A stretch of 51,575 bases of DNA, counting the filler, from Dimargaris cristalligena (Eukaryota): NCBI GenBank assembly GCA_003614675.1. It is 3 parts of 3 records of this genome, joined end to end, with 100 filler letters (N's around TTAATTAATTAA, not from the genome) between each part and the next. Parts side by side here need not be neighbours in the genome. Positions count along the whole stretch, not along the records: positions 17,259 to 34,414 come from ML002820.1; positions 34,515 to 51,575 come from ML002821.1; 1 more part is not named here. The stretch is one strand, 5' to 3'. The first letter of the stretch is position 1, and each line of letters opens with the position of its first letter. Shown piece by piece: positions 27,962 to 40,303 of the stretch. Below the pieces are notes generated by a model. That model saw nothing but the letters and a program-made list of their open reading frames with translations. It was not told the DNA's origin and did not search any database. The position numbers were made by a program, and so were the translations under genes.

Positions 27962-29242
27962 ATGTCACCTCAGCAACGACCTCCTTCGCAGCGTGCCGTC
28001 GGTAAAGCACCGGCCTCCACAGCTCCACCGACCCCATCCTCCAACTATAATTCCACCGCCGGCCAGGAACCCGCTCGCAGCCGCCACGAGGACCCCGCGA
28101 CTAGCCGCCCGCCCGCCGCCCCGGGCTCATCGTCATTAGGCCAGCGTATGGTCGCTTCCACCCAGGGACTGCTAAGTGCCGCCGCGGCCCGGTCGTCGAT
28201 TGGACTGGCCCAAGGGCTACAGGCGGCGATACCAGGAGGCAAAGCAGGCCCATCGACGGGAGGGGGGGAAGCCAGCCGTCACCATAGTGACCATGCAGCA
28301 GTCGAGGCGGAATGGAAGACTGCCGTAGGGGTAACCGAAGGAAAAGGAAAAGGGAGTAGGGGTAGAATCCTAGATCAAACTGTACGTCTCACTAACCCGC
28401 GCAGCCTTTTTACTCCAAACTCACCAGCTGGCCTGGAGACTGGTACGACCATGTCGACTATGCTTGCGATGGATGCGGCCCCAGAATTGCCATCCCCACT
28501 ACCTCTCCGGGGCGGAGCAGTAGGGGGATGCGAGGCCGACCATTATTGGCATGGTTCCCCAGCATCCAACAACCCCTTCAGCCTTCCCGAAACCCCACTA
28601 TCCCTGAAGTCATGGCCGTCGTCACCGTCATCGCCACAACCGCCGCCGCCTTGGGCGACGGCTCCCTCCTCCAACCGGTCCAGAACGGACCCAGGGCAGT
28701 CAATGTTTGAATCTTCGGGCGGGGGTGATATTATGGACTTCCTGCGAAATCCACGATCTTTGCATACCGGCGATTATGACGCCGTATTCCATACCAACGA
28801 CCTGGAGTTACAGCGCCGCCAACATAACCGTGAAGTGCCCCTATCGTCGCCATCTACCGAGCCCATGTACTCACACCTTTCAAATTCCTCTGCCTTCCGG
28901 CAGGGAGTTGGCCGAGGTTCGGGCCAAGTCTTAGAAGTGCTTACCAGTGCCGATATGGAGCTGGCCGTCCACAGTTTTCTTTCCCGCCGAACCGACTATA
29001 CGGATGCCGTGTATGGTACCGGTGATCAGCATGTACCTGCCTCTCCTTTCACTATGCAGGGTGAATATGATACCGGTCGATCGGCAGTGGTGATCGATGC
29101 TACCGCCGATACCCTCCAACAATTAAATCTGGAGGAAGCATGGTCGGGCTCGCAAAGTCCACTCACTAAACCAATGAGCCCTAAACAAGAGGCCCTCGAA
29201 CGGTTAGCCATGTTCCAGAAACAGTTGCGACCACGATTATAA
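27962..29242 (+). CDS. Hypothetical protein, 426 aa, largely low-complexity
   Basis: Long GC/CpG-rich ORF with an ATG start and a TATA-like run at ~27915-27927. No family recognised with confidence. Confidence 0.75.
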   Translation: MSPQQRPPSQRAVGKAPASTAPPTPSSNYNSTAGQEPARSRHEDPATSRPPAAPGSSSLGQRMVASTQGLLSAAAARSSIGLAQGLQAAIPGGKAGPSTGGGEASRHHSDHAAVEAEWKTAVGVTEGKGKGSRGRILDQTVRLTNPRSLFTPNSPAGLETGTTMSTMLAMDAAPELPSPLPLRGGAVGGCEADHYWHGSPASNNPFSLPETPLSLKSWPSSPSSPQPPPPWATAPSSNRSRTDPGQSMFESSGGGDIMDFLRNPRSLHTGDYDAVFHTNDLELQRRQHNREVPLSSPSTEPMYSHLSNSSAFRQGVGRGSGQVLEVLTSADMELAVHSFLSRRTDYTDAVYGTGDQHVPASPFTMQGEYDTGRSAVVIDATADTLQQLNLEEAWSGSQSPLTKPMSPKQEALERLAMFQKQLRPRL

Positions 29243-29434
29243 ATTCCTGTAGATAAATCGTACGGGAGAGGTGCAGTCTACACTGTATAATGAAAACCCC
29301 GAATTATGAGACACATACTCCCGAATAAAAAAATAACTATCCACCCTTATTCCCCTATACCTGTTATTTAAACCCGGATATACTTATATTGGGTATCGCC
29401 CATATCTTATTAAAAACATGGCATATTATCGGCC

Positions 29435-32400
29435 GGGAATGCCCTTCCATATTAAGGACAAGAAACGAGCCATCCTGAGAATTCAGGCCCAATTGTTTCA
29501 AGTTGGTTTAAATACCTTCATCATCGCGCAAGTATCTTCTAATTAATCAACTTTGCCATACCCTATATGGCTGGCAGTTACCATAATATCTGCCCCACTA
29601 GCACAAAGTGACCCAGGAGGTAGGCGAAGCAATGGTAAAATTGAAGGGTGGGTATATCCCTATTCAAATACACAAATCCGCTAAAGTATACCAACGTCCC
29701 AACAATGAGATTGCCATTCGGAAAAATTGTGGCATCAATGGTATGACGCGAAGACTAGTCCGGGATAACAATGCAGTGTCCAACCCATGAAGGCATAATA
29801 TAGCCACTATATAAAACACCAGACATATTAATACCTCTCCTAACTATTGCGTGCGTCAAAATTCAAAAATAGTTAATGAATAGTAACTTAATTAGGGTGA
29901 TCACAATTGTACTTAGACAGTCATTTGCAGTTACCGGTCCATCTATAGCTACAATGCATCACTGAAGACCGGAAGGCTTCAAACCTCCTATCAAGGTAAC
30001 GGCATTGGGCATTGTCCATGTTGTAGCTAGGCTGCGAAAACTTGGACGGCAGTCCCTGTTAGTCGGGCGGAGTACAATTGGATCCTTTGATAGTACACTG
30101 TAGTGACTAACCAGGATTAACCTCCCCAAATATGGCATGCTCCCTTATCCACTGCAGGGTCTTATAATATTCGCTGAATTGAATATCTATGTGTGAAAAT
30201 AGGCACGGTATTGTAGGGCGCCATTCGAAATAGTCGTCACAAATAGCAAGTATTGTAGAAAAGAGCACCAGCCAAGAAACCCCAGTTATGGGAATATCCC
30301 AAGACCGGGTGACATAAGTAGGGGATTAGGTCGTAGTATCAATACATTGTGCCTAATTATACCACAGTGCTTCAGTTTAATACTAAATGGCTTATTGTTG
30401 GCTTCTATTCTGTAATATGAATTGTCAACAAAGGGAATGGATGGACATGCATACAACTCCTCGTGCCATTCCAAATACCCATACAAAACTAGGTTATTGT
30501 CTCCTTAATAAGTCTATGGAATAGAACTGTAACTTCAGTTTACTTTGATGGGGGTAGTAGGGTCACCCTATCCAGTACTTGGTTAATAAAACCTTTGGCT
30601 AAGCACACTATAAAAAGCAGACTGGAGGCCTTCCCAAATATACACTCGTCATTTTTTAATTACTTGGATGTTCCAGCCCTTGAACAAAACTTATCACAAT
30701 ATCGCCTGTATCCCCTCTTTGTTTACTCTACCATTACCTCAATATCCCCCCGCTTCCAATGGTCACATTAAGGCCTATCTTCAGAAGCCCAATGACCCGT
30801 CCAACACTCGATGGATCGCTTCCCGTGGTAATGCAGATCAAAAAATCTTATATCCACTCCCAATTGGGAGTTATTGGTAATCCCTTATTTGTCCTGGGGA
30901 GGGATTACCCAACCACTGAACGTGATAAGCCCCTTTCTGATGCAGACAGGGGCTTGCCAATTGTACCAGCCACTGAATAATCAAATACAAAGTGGTGCCT
31001 GCCAATGAGCAGGTTAAATGTATATTTTAATTTTCTTTCATCTAATAAATTTGTGAATAAAGTTGCTTTTCAATGTGGGAATATGTCCTATTTATATTGA
31101 CGGTTTTGTTTGATGGATATTGAAAAGTAAGTAGGTATATGTAAGTTATGGAGGTAGAATAGGATAAAGAGTAATGTTAATGCCATAGTGGCTGTGTGAG
31201 TGATATAAGGACTTTGGATGAAACCCTTTGTTAGTTTCGATGGAAATTATTGAACTGGCTGATTAAAAAAGCGATACTACCATTTATTTTACTAGTCTGA
31301 ATAATGTATTCCAGTCAAAGAGGTAATTTCAGACCTTTATTTACTAAATACACTTTGTATTAGTCCCATTGAAACCGGCCATGGTAACAGGCAATACTCC
31401 ACATCATCCAGTATGTTTTGTATTCCCTACTTTCTAATACAACTGTACAATCGGTGTATATTTGATACTTTTATAGCAATTTCGTGCTGTCTATAGCTAC
31501 ATTCCAATAAGTGGCCGCTTTTCCGATTTGTGCGGCCTGCTTGTGTTTATGGATAAATACTTGGTGGCGCCTCCCTATACTTCGAATTAAGAGTTCAAAT
31601 CGTCTTGATTACGTATCGACAACTCCGCCTCATGGACTAATTATACTGGTTAAAAATAAATACCGCGCAGTTTACCATCCAAATTTATTCCAATACTTAT
31701 ACAGTTGCACTGTATTTGACCCATATTGATTCATGGGTTGTATGGCAAAAATATTACTGACTATTATGGGGTATAGACTTGGCCTATTTGTATAATGGGA
31801 CCGTTGTTTAATGAAGTTGGTTTTATTGGATATTATACAAATTCCCCTTAGCTATAAATTTACCCTACGATGCCCTTTACAGTTGTTTTGAAATACACAT
31901 TTATATGCTGTCTTTGTTGATCGATGTCCCTTTAATGATCTAATATGATCGAATCCCTGGAATATCCTGGATACACTTTATTACCCTTATGGTAATGGTT
32001 CGGCACAGCTATATCTCAAAATATATGTTAGATGAGGAAAAAATCACCTGTTAAATTTGAACCTCCCTTATAATTACCTAAATATATCATAAAAAGCACT
32101 AAATAGTTGGGTTGAAACTATCCCAAATGTTCGACTCCCCATTCCTTCCATTGGTCAGTGTAAAGTAAACCAAACGGACCTATTAGTAGATAAGCACTGA
32201 CTAGGGAATGGGTAGGCAATACCCGTGATAGACCGCCAGTCGCTAGCGAATGGCCGAAAATCCCTGGATAGCCAAATTTCACCATGGAAAGGTAATTATC
32301 CACTCGCACGGAGCCCCTATCGCTAGTTCACCCAATGGCCCACATGTGGATAAAGGCAATCAATCGATGTACGATTGCCTGAAAGTATTATCTACCATCA

Positions 32401-34414
32401 ATACTGCGATACAGCTGATTTTCCTTTTAGTATGTACACTTTGTACTTGTGGTAATCTACGCTAGGCTTAGACACTGAGTTGGAGAAATATAAATATCAT
32501 CAAAGGGATCGCGTGGCTCAATAACCTGCCAGCAGATTTTAAAAATGAGAAGACTGGAGGCGACGGTGACCTGAGTGAGAAAAATCCCTGCCCATTTTAT
32601 AGCAAGTTATTTTCAACAGCAGGTCTATCACTGAGGATAGTACTCGAACAAATTGATTAAAAATACACGGTGTAAAGTTGGACGAGGGGAATGTAAAAGG
32701 AGGAGGGCTAGGGTGTTAAAATTGGACCCGTCGGCCATCAGAGCACTGGGATAGACAAGTTATATGGGTATGGGGATGTGGACGTGGACGTGGACGTATA
32801 TCTTTCTTTGGGGATGTATTAATTAATTGGACATAGCCAAGAAAATGCACTAGGGAGCTTAAAGTCATAGCCTAACATTGGCACAGCAGCATGTCGAGGG
32901 GTTTGCCAATTTAGATATAAAAGAGTGGGAACCGTCCTCTCTAAAAACCTTATCAACACTACCATCACATTCCTCACCTCCTTTTTGCAGCTTATACCCA
33001 CATTAGTATTCCTACTTATTTGCCGGACTATTAACATACCCCAATCTTCCATTACATTCCATCATATCCCATCCAACTCACTATGGCTTTCATATCGACT
33101 AAGAAGGTTTTGATTTTGGACGCCTAGTGTGCTATTATCACTGACCACCACCCCAGTTAGCGCTTTTCAGACCACCACCCAAATCCCCAAACATTTTATC
33201 CGCGCCAACACCGTGCCTCAGGCGCTTCCTGGTCTACAGAACAAGTCCGCCATCAACAAGACCGGTGTCCAGGGTACCAGTTCTAACAACATTCCCATCC
33301 ATTCCAACACCACTCCTCAGGTGCAATTTGGCCAGTAGACCAAGACCGCTGCCCAAGGTACCCATTCCAATAACAATCCCACCTGCTCCAGCACTATACC
33401 TTAGGAGCTTCCCGGTCATCAGAGCAAGTCTACTGGAAATGAGGCCACTGTTCAGAATACTCGTTTCAACAGCAAAACCGTTCCTCAGCTCCCATCCGAC
33501 CAGCAGAGTAGGGTCACTGGTAATAAGGCTGGTGTTCAAGGTACTGGTTTAAACAACAATGCTGCCCAGCCCGTTACTTCTCCTCGGCTACAGTCTGGCC
33601 AGCAGGACATGCCCGACGTAATTTAGTACACTGTTGAAGGTATTACCTCGAACAACAATCCTGGACGCTCCAACCCCACCCCCAAGTTACCCGCCTCAAC
33701 ACCACTACCCAGGCTACTTGCCCCAATACTAATCCCCAGACTGCCCGATCTAACAGCAATATTGCTCCTCATGCGCTGCCCAGCCAACAGAATAAGCCCA
33801 CCGGAAATAATAAGGCCGCTATTTAAGGCAGTGATTTTTAGAAATCTCAAGGGTAACTTGGGCATATTTATAAATCCTAAATATTCTCCCAGTGCTTGCG
33901 GTCTCTGTTCTAAGCTCCATCCGCACCAATTCTTGCAATCCCTTCTCAATAGTGAATATATCTGGACCGGCAGCATTTTGAGGGTGTAGAGTCAAATATT
34001 CTATGTATTTTGCGGGCATATGCGTGAGTTACTCCAGATCCTATAATATAAAGGAACTATTCGTGTCCCACTGTATATATTTGGGTTTTAAAGAGGTCAC
34101 TTCGTTACCTAAACTGGCAACTATTACCAAGCCCGATTGAAATCATTTGCATATTGATTGCTTGAAACTCTTGCCAACTATGGCCAATTCTACAAATAGA
34201 AAAGTACTATTTGTTAATCTGGTATTGTCTATTTAGATACAACATACCCTTATTTTTTGAAAACTGGTATAGGAGAGATTCAACTAGGCTGTAAAACGAA
34301 ATGCCCGGTGGATGAGATAATCATTACTGGTTGGGAATAAATTTCCCGCATAATTATTCATATGGGTGAACTTCAACCCAACTGTATAAGATTTTACACA
34401 ATATATGTATGGGA
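29435..34414. repeat. Right arm of a ~5-kb inverted repeat
   Basis: Reverse complement of 17259-22238. The only mismatch I spotted is 29467 vs 22206; this was not an exhaustive alignment. Confidence 0.97.
33083..33826 (+). pseudogene. Pseudogene of a secreted Q/N/T/P-rich repeat protein (right-arm copy)
   Basis: TATAAAA at ~32915 and ATG at 33083. Signal-peptide-like MAFISTKKVLIL/VLLSLTTTPVSA (one frameshift). Repeats of PQxLPGxQNKxxGNKxxVQG, with stops at 33336, 33402, 33624 and 33824 and a second frameshift. Confidence 0.6.
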
Positions 34415-34514
34415 NNNNNNNNNNNNNNNNNNNNNNNNNNNNNNNNNNNNNNNNNNNNTTAATTAATTAANNNNNNNNNNNNNNNNNNNNNNNNNNNNNN
34501 NNNNNNNNNNNNNN
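34415..34514. other. Artificial assembly spacer (100 nt, six-frame stop linker)
   Basis: N-run with an embedded TTAATTAATTAA. Confidence 0.97.
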
Positions 34515-34515
34515 G

Positions 34516-36598
34516 CGCAATCTAGACCTGCAGTTTATCGACCGCCTCCTCAAGTCGACAACAACCACCACCGATTATCAATCCCACCAGGAACTGGCTC
34601 TATTGGTAGTGGCTAGCTTTTGTAACCATACCCAGTTCCTGGACCATGCGGGGCTTATAAACCTAGTACCTGCTGTAGCCCGGGTGTTCGTCCAAAGTAT
34701 GCTGAACGGACCCACTGACCTGCAGCAGGATAGTCTGCCTATACTGGTTCAGCTCGCTACTACCGATTCAGGATTAGCCCTTATGATCGATTCGCTGGAC
34801 AATGGAACGGCCCTGGTTCGCGCCGTAGCGGATCTCCTGGGACAAGCCGAAATCAGCGAAGGTACCGTAAATCTATGTGTGGCACTTTTGCGGCGCATTC
34901 TGAGTGGTGCTCCCCAAAAGGTGGATACGCCGAGTCTTATTTCGCGTATCAGTGTATGGTCACTCGCCCTGGATCGTGTTGCGACTTTATTTTACCAGCG
35001 CCACAGCGCTCTGAAATTCACGTTGCTGAACTGCCTATGCGAAGCGCTATCGGCCATTCCCGACGATCAAACCACCATGTTTGATGCATGGCTTCGTTCG
35101 GGGGATGTGCGCCTTGATCCTATGAGTGAAAAATCCACCGCCCTACTCTATCGTTCCCTCCTGCGTATCAAACTAGCCATCATGGATATCCAACGACGCA
35201 ACACCGATACCTATGACGCCAAAGACATTGGCATCCTCCTTACCGCCCAACTACTAAGGCTCTTGGGCGAACATTTTATCCTACCTGTGGGGTCCCCTCT
35301 ACTGCCCTGGTCCCTCGCTGCGGTCGATAATATTATAAAGCAAGACAACGAATCTACGGATCCCCTAGTCGAGGATACCACCCAACCCGCCCCAGATGAT
35401 GTTGACGGAACTCCACCCCGCACCAACGTCGAAAAGTTTATACCCCTCGCCATTGGCATGGCTGGCGTCGAACTACGCATGCTCCTTGATGAACGGCTCA
35501 TCTGTCCCCCTGGCGGGGCTCTGGACGAACTCGCTGCTAAGCGCCAGGAATGGCTCGTTCCTGCTTGTCTAGAAATCCTCGAAACGGGCATCCGGCTACT
35601 CACCCTGGTGGAAGATGATGCCTTGCCCGAACTTCCCGCTGATATCTCGACTCTGAGCCCCGCCCGGTGGACTGAGGCTAACCGACTGACCCAGCTTGTT
35701 TGCTATGTAATTAGCCGGCAGTCCAGCGAAGAAATTCTGGCCTGGTTGATACGGCTGAAGGACACCTTTGCCGCCACCGTCGAGTTCCTCGAAGAAATGA
35801 TGGTAAGTATTGTATTATATCCCACATGCGTGGTTCTTCTGGCGTATTAAAAGGCACTCCGTTGACTATTTATTTACCTGTATGGGTGCCGCCTCCTCCT
35901 CCAGGATATCTCCCACCGGCCACATTTGACCAGGTACATTCCCACAGGGACTCCCATCGCCGCTAATTGATACTCCCTATTGCTAATGCCTAATTACTAT
36001 TCGCCATTGAATTGCACCCATCGCTCGACCACCATCAGAGTCGATCTGGCCTTGAGAACCTTGCTCGGGATCTGGTTGGCATTGCTGTATTCCGGGTACT
36101 CTGCTGCTGGCTAAGTCAGGACTTCTCCCTTCTCAAGGATTACCCGCAAATGATCAGTATTTTCGGGAACATTGTCCAAACTAGGTAGGTTATTCTGGTG
36201 ATTTGATTGGAAACTCGATAGCCATATATCTCTTACGCTGCAGTTACCATTTAAGCGTACCTCCTCCCCCCCCTCCTAAGAACCACCGACATTGAGGAAA
36301 TTAGATATTACAGCTTAAATGGGCCACACTATGGGCATTTACTAACCTCTATTGTTTTACAATGTATATGTCCCCCCTTTCCTTTACTAGTCAATCGGAT
36401 CTATTATCGGATAGTTGGGAGCCCATTTTGTCCCTTATGATTCCCCCTGTCCACCTTTGGGTGTCAATCATCGAAGATACGGAGGCTGACCAGTCTACCA
36501 CGCCCCTGGAGATTATCTCGCAGTCGAATCGGGACGAGGTTCTGCAGATGGCTTCTATATTAAGAAAGCGCTTCCCTGATAGTGCATTCCATCAATAG
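34516..36598 (+). CDS. Neurochondrin-like ARM-repeat protein, 5'-truncated by the gap; exons ~34516-35802, 35905-35933, 36039-36184, 36390-36598
   Basis: The frame is open from the contig edge. LQFIDRLLKS...ELALLVVASFC and the downstream IAVFRVLCCWLSQD resemble neurochondrin-family motifs. Leu-rich helical sequence with GT-AG junctions. Confidence 0.65.
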
Positions 36599-37448
36599 GC
36601 AAAATGTTAAATAGCTTTAGAACCTTAACCCAATGGCTTATTCGAGCCTGCCGTTGTTATGCTTACCAACCACAGTTAATACGTTATTAATTAGTAATCT
36701 GATTAAAACCCTATGCCATTGCATCAATGCTGATAATCTGCCGAACTGGTGGGAGGTGGTAAATTGATATTTCTCGCTTATGTTGGTCACTTGAGACTAG
36801 TGCGGCGGATCTTTGGGGCCATCGATTCCCACTTAATTGGATGGCCAGCATTTACTACCTGGGTTTATCTAGAAACAGGGCAGTATGCGTTAATATCCCC
36901 GAGCTGAAAGTGTAATTTTTTGAGCATTTATGATATGGACCAACAGGTATTTATTAAGAGAGGCCACTATAGCGTGTGCTACACTTCAGTCCGTAAACTT
37001 ACGGATTGAGTTGGTGTCGAAATTGCCGATATGTCTAAATTTCCGAAAAAGATGAAACAGAGGGTTTCTCACTCTGCCGGGACCTCCTCTTCCCTGTCAA
37101 TAGCACTGAAGTGGCCAGATCCCGTCACGCGACCTCGCCTGGTAAGTGTGGGCGCTTTCCCTTCGCTTGGAAACCTCCCCACGATTCATTCTCTCTCGGC
37201 TCCGCCGGCCTGGGTTACCGTGCAATGCCTTTCTCTCGTTTTATAGCACTCTTTTCGTATCCACTCCACACCAATATCCCCAAGTCGGTTAACCCTGTAT
37301 TAAACCGCTTTCCCCTTATTATACCTATTTAACCCGTTCAGTTTTGAAGGTAGTTCGCCCGCTCCTCTCTACTTCCCCAACTTCCTGATACACTTAGCGT
37401 GTCCACCTCCCTTATCTCTCTCCTAATCATCACCATTCAGTAGCTGGG

Positions 37449-39179
37449 ATGGGCAATAGCCACTCCCAAGCCCATCCGGGCGGGGAAGCGGGCCAAGACC
37501 ACCATGTCGAGTCCTTCCCGCCCGTCCGCCCCACCCCTAAAAAACGCCACACCTTCCAGCCCGATTTCCCGAATCCTTCGGCCGCTGCTTCGTCGTCATC
37601 GTCATCTGCATCCCCCTTTACGTCTCCCCCGGTCGCCACCGGGGACACCTACGGTGAATCCGAGGCAACGCGTGGGAGCCCAGCTACTGCCGTTCACCAC
37701 CGGGCTGGGACGGCCTACGGAGGAGCGACTGCTGCGACCATTTCACCGTCCTCCTCTTCCTCACCCGGTCGCGGCATCCCCATTGGAGGCCCTGGTCTTC
37801 GCCCCCCTCACGGTCGTGCCACCCGGTCCGTCTCCCTGCGCTACAAAACCGGGGGCCGCCAATCCCCTTCGCTAGGCAGTCCTTCGCAAAATGCCCCCCT
37901 ATTCTCCTGTGAATCGCCCTCCCAGTACGCCTCATCCCCAATGGCCCCACTCGAATCGGGATCCCCGCATAGCCACCGGGCCCCCCATAGCGGCAAATCG
38001 ACTCGGTCCGAAGGGGCCGAATACGACCCCGTGGTTTCAACTCCGCCGTCCAGCACAACCGCCCCACGACCCATTCGGCAACAGCGACGGGTCAATGCCG
38101 TGCCTGAATTCATGCCCTCAACTGCCCCGGGTGCCTCGGTCCGTGGGTCGTGGTATTCGGCCGTGGCCACCCACAATCAGCCGTCCCATGGTTCACCCCA
38201 GAAACACCCTTCCGAGCCACCTGGTTTCGGTACCCCACCTACGCATAACCGGCCCCCGGGGTTCACCGACCGCAGTCCTGTTCAGTCGCCCCGTAAACCC
38301 CCTGTGCCCACCGTGCTGAACTGGTACGGAGCGGCCCACACCGTCTATGTATCGGGTTCATTTAATGAATGGCGGCATCGGGTCCGGCTTAGCCCAGTTG
38401 GTCCCAACCACTTTAATGTCACGCTGGCCCTCCCGCCTGGTATCCACTTCTTGAAATTTATCGTTAACGAGGAATGGAAGAATTCCTCCGATATGGCCAC
38501 TGCTCCCGACGACGACGGTAACTTGGTTAATTACATCCGGGTCGATAGTGTGGCGCCCCCTACGGAACCACCGCCGCCGTCGGTGTCGAACCCTACCTCC
38601 CGGGTTATTCCTACACCCAACCACGCCACGTCCGCTACACCGGCCCAGAATATCAACGGCCCAACCTCGACAGTGGCAACTGCGGGGACTTTACCCGTTC
38701 CGAATGCTCACCATGACCACTTTGAGTCCCACAGTGTTGCCACCTCCATCCCAGATGTGGGCGGGGCTCTCTCCGGACTCCAGGAACTGGGCCTAGAATC
38801 CGCGTTGTCCAACTCGCCCCCCGGCCAATACTCCAGCGTCGTCCCCGAGCACCTTTACCAGTCCCACCGCCCGCCCGCTCCAGGCCACCATCACTCTAGC
38901 AAATCCAATAACCCCCCTACGTTACCCCCTCACCTTTCCCAGGTACTTCTGAACCATTCCCAGTCTCACCACAATAACTTTAGCCAAGGCGGTGCCGTAA
39001 CCCGTGCACCCGGCCCTAGTGATCCCAACTCCGGCTTGCCGGTGCCCAACCACGTCGTCCTCAATCACCTGTTTGCCTGTTCCATTCGGAACGGAGTCAT
39101 GGCTATTGCGAGCACCACCCGCTACCGGAAAAAGTACACAACAACGGTCTACTATAAACCGTTCCGAACCCTTCAATAG
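37449..39179 (+). CDS. SNF1/AMPK kinase complex beta subunit (Gal83/Sip2 family); single exon
   Basis: MGNS myristoylation start, glycogen-binding domain (VYVSGSFNEW..LPPGIHFLKFIVNEEW..DGNLVNYI), and C-terminal ASC domain (PPTLPPHL..LPVPNHVVLNHL..TRYRKKYTTTVYYKP). Confidence 0.95.
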   Translation: MGNSHSQAHPGGEAGQDHHVESFPPVRPTPKKRHTFQPDFPNPSAAASSSSSSASPFTSPPVATGDTYGESEATRGSPATAVHHRAGTAYGGATAATISPSSSSSPGRGIPIGGPGLRPPHGRATRSVSLRYKTGGRQSPSLGSPSQNAPLFSCESPSQYASSPMAPLESGSPHSHRAPHSGKSTRSEGAEYDPVVSTPPSSTTAPRPIRQQRRVNAVPEFMPSTAPGASVRGSWYSAVATHNQPSHGSPQKHPSEPPGFGTPPTHNRPPGFTDRSPVQSPRKPPVPTVLNWYGAAHTVYVSGSFNEWRHRVRLSPVGPNHFNVTLALPPGIHFLKFIVNEEWKNSSDMATAPDDDGNLVNYIRVDSVAPPTEPPPPSVSNPTSRVIPTPNHATSATPAQNINGPTSTVATAGTLPVPNAHHDHFESHSVATSIPDVGGALSGLQELGLESALSNSPPGQYSSVVPEHLYQSHRPPAPGHHHSSKSNNPPTLPPHLSQVLLNHSQSHHNNFSQGGAVTRAPGPSDPNSGLPVPNHVVLNHLFACSIRNGVMAIASTTRYRKKYTTTVYYKPFRTLQ

Positions 39180-40303
39180 CCATGGTTGATTTAGTCCAGG
39201 TTTTAATTATTATTGATGTTCGTATCTCTCATGCAGATTATTTTACCCATCTACAGTTTTTTGTTGTTTTCTTTTTGAATTCGCCTCATTACCCACCCGA
39301 CAATACCTTTTGTGTTTTGCACTCACATATATATTATCCGCCCCATAAATATGGTTTCTTGCCCAGCCGTGGGTATTTGAACCACCTTTGCTTTGCACAC
39401 AGGCCCCATACCGCTTCTTTTTCTTCCATACCCCATACTTGTTTGATAAAATCAGTCTTGCACTTGTGTATAAAGGTTCAATTCTAATGTTAATAATAGG
39501 GAGTGGGATTCAATCAGGTTGTATAGCGAATAATCCGGTTGGTAAGATCGGAACTACTAGATTATGTGTCCTACCCATTTCCCCACACAGATGTCATTTA
39601 AAATGGTATACAGTCAATTTGAGTCCCGGTCATATCCCCAGAGGCATAAAAAATTGTTGGGTGTGGCCTATTCCCCACTCCCATAGACTCTTACGCATCA
39701 ATATACCACCACTATGTTCAAATCTGACTATTGTTGCGAGTAAATATACCTGTAAACATATCGCTGGGTTAATTGAATATAGCGGGTTTTATCTTGTCAA
39801 TTATTATAAGCCATACTATGGCCACTTTCGAAAAGGGGGGGGGTGGACTTAGCGGCACCTCTCAATCACTGCATTTGCTGACCTAATTTGCCTTTGCTTT
39901 TCTTGGCATAGACATCGTGGATAAAGTGACTGGGCTGCTCCCCCAAGCCGATAGAATAAAGCGTTTGCACCATAGATTGGCACTTGGGTCTAGTAAAATT
40001 ATACAATGTCAGTATATCGGGCTCCCTGTGCGGATCTCTTAATTACTTCTTGGACATTTTGATTATCCGATACTACCCTTAGATTCTCAAGGTATTAAGA
40101 ACCCAGGAAATACCAACGATACGGCACTTGGATTTTGGAAAGTTGGACTACCAATCCAGTTTCCAGAAGGGGTTTTGGTGATGAGAGCTTACCCGGGGAG
40201 TCGTAAATCCCTAATGCTACAAAGCCCTTAATAATGGCAAACGATAATCTCCGGCTAATTAATAGATGATCGGATTGTACTCTATAGATGTCCAATCACA
40301 ACA

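Noticed and set aside
22650-29242. Core as a canonical mating-type locus
   Set aside because: No HMG-box, homeodomain, alpha-box or pheromone/receptor gene recognised, and none of the Mucorales sex-locus flanking genes (tptA, rnhA).
33336-33826. TAA/TAG-to-Gln codon reassignment or stop-codon editing
   Set aside because: Conserved genes here terminate normally at TAA/TAG (TTI2, eIF2A, TAF1), and the relic also has frameshifts. A-to-I editing would give Trp, not Gln.
36986-37009. Hairpin TCAGTCCGTAA-AC-TTACGGATTGA with a nearby Sm-like AATTTTTTG
   Set aside because: Isolated short stem with a 2-nt loop, and no snRNA-specific motifs found.
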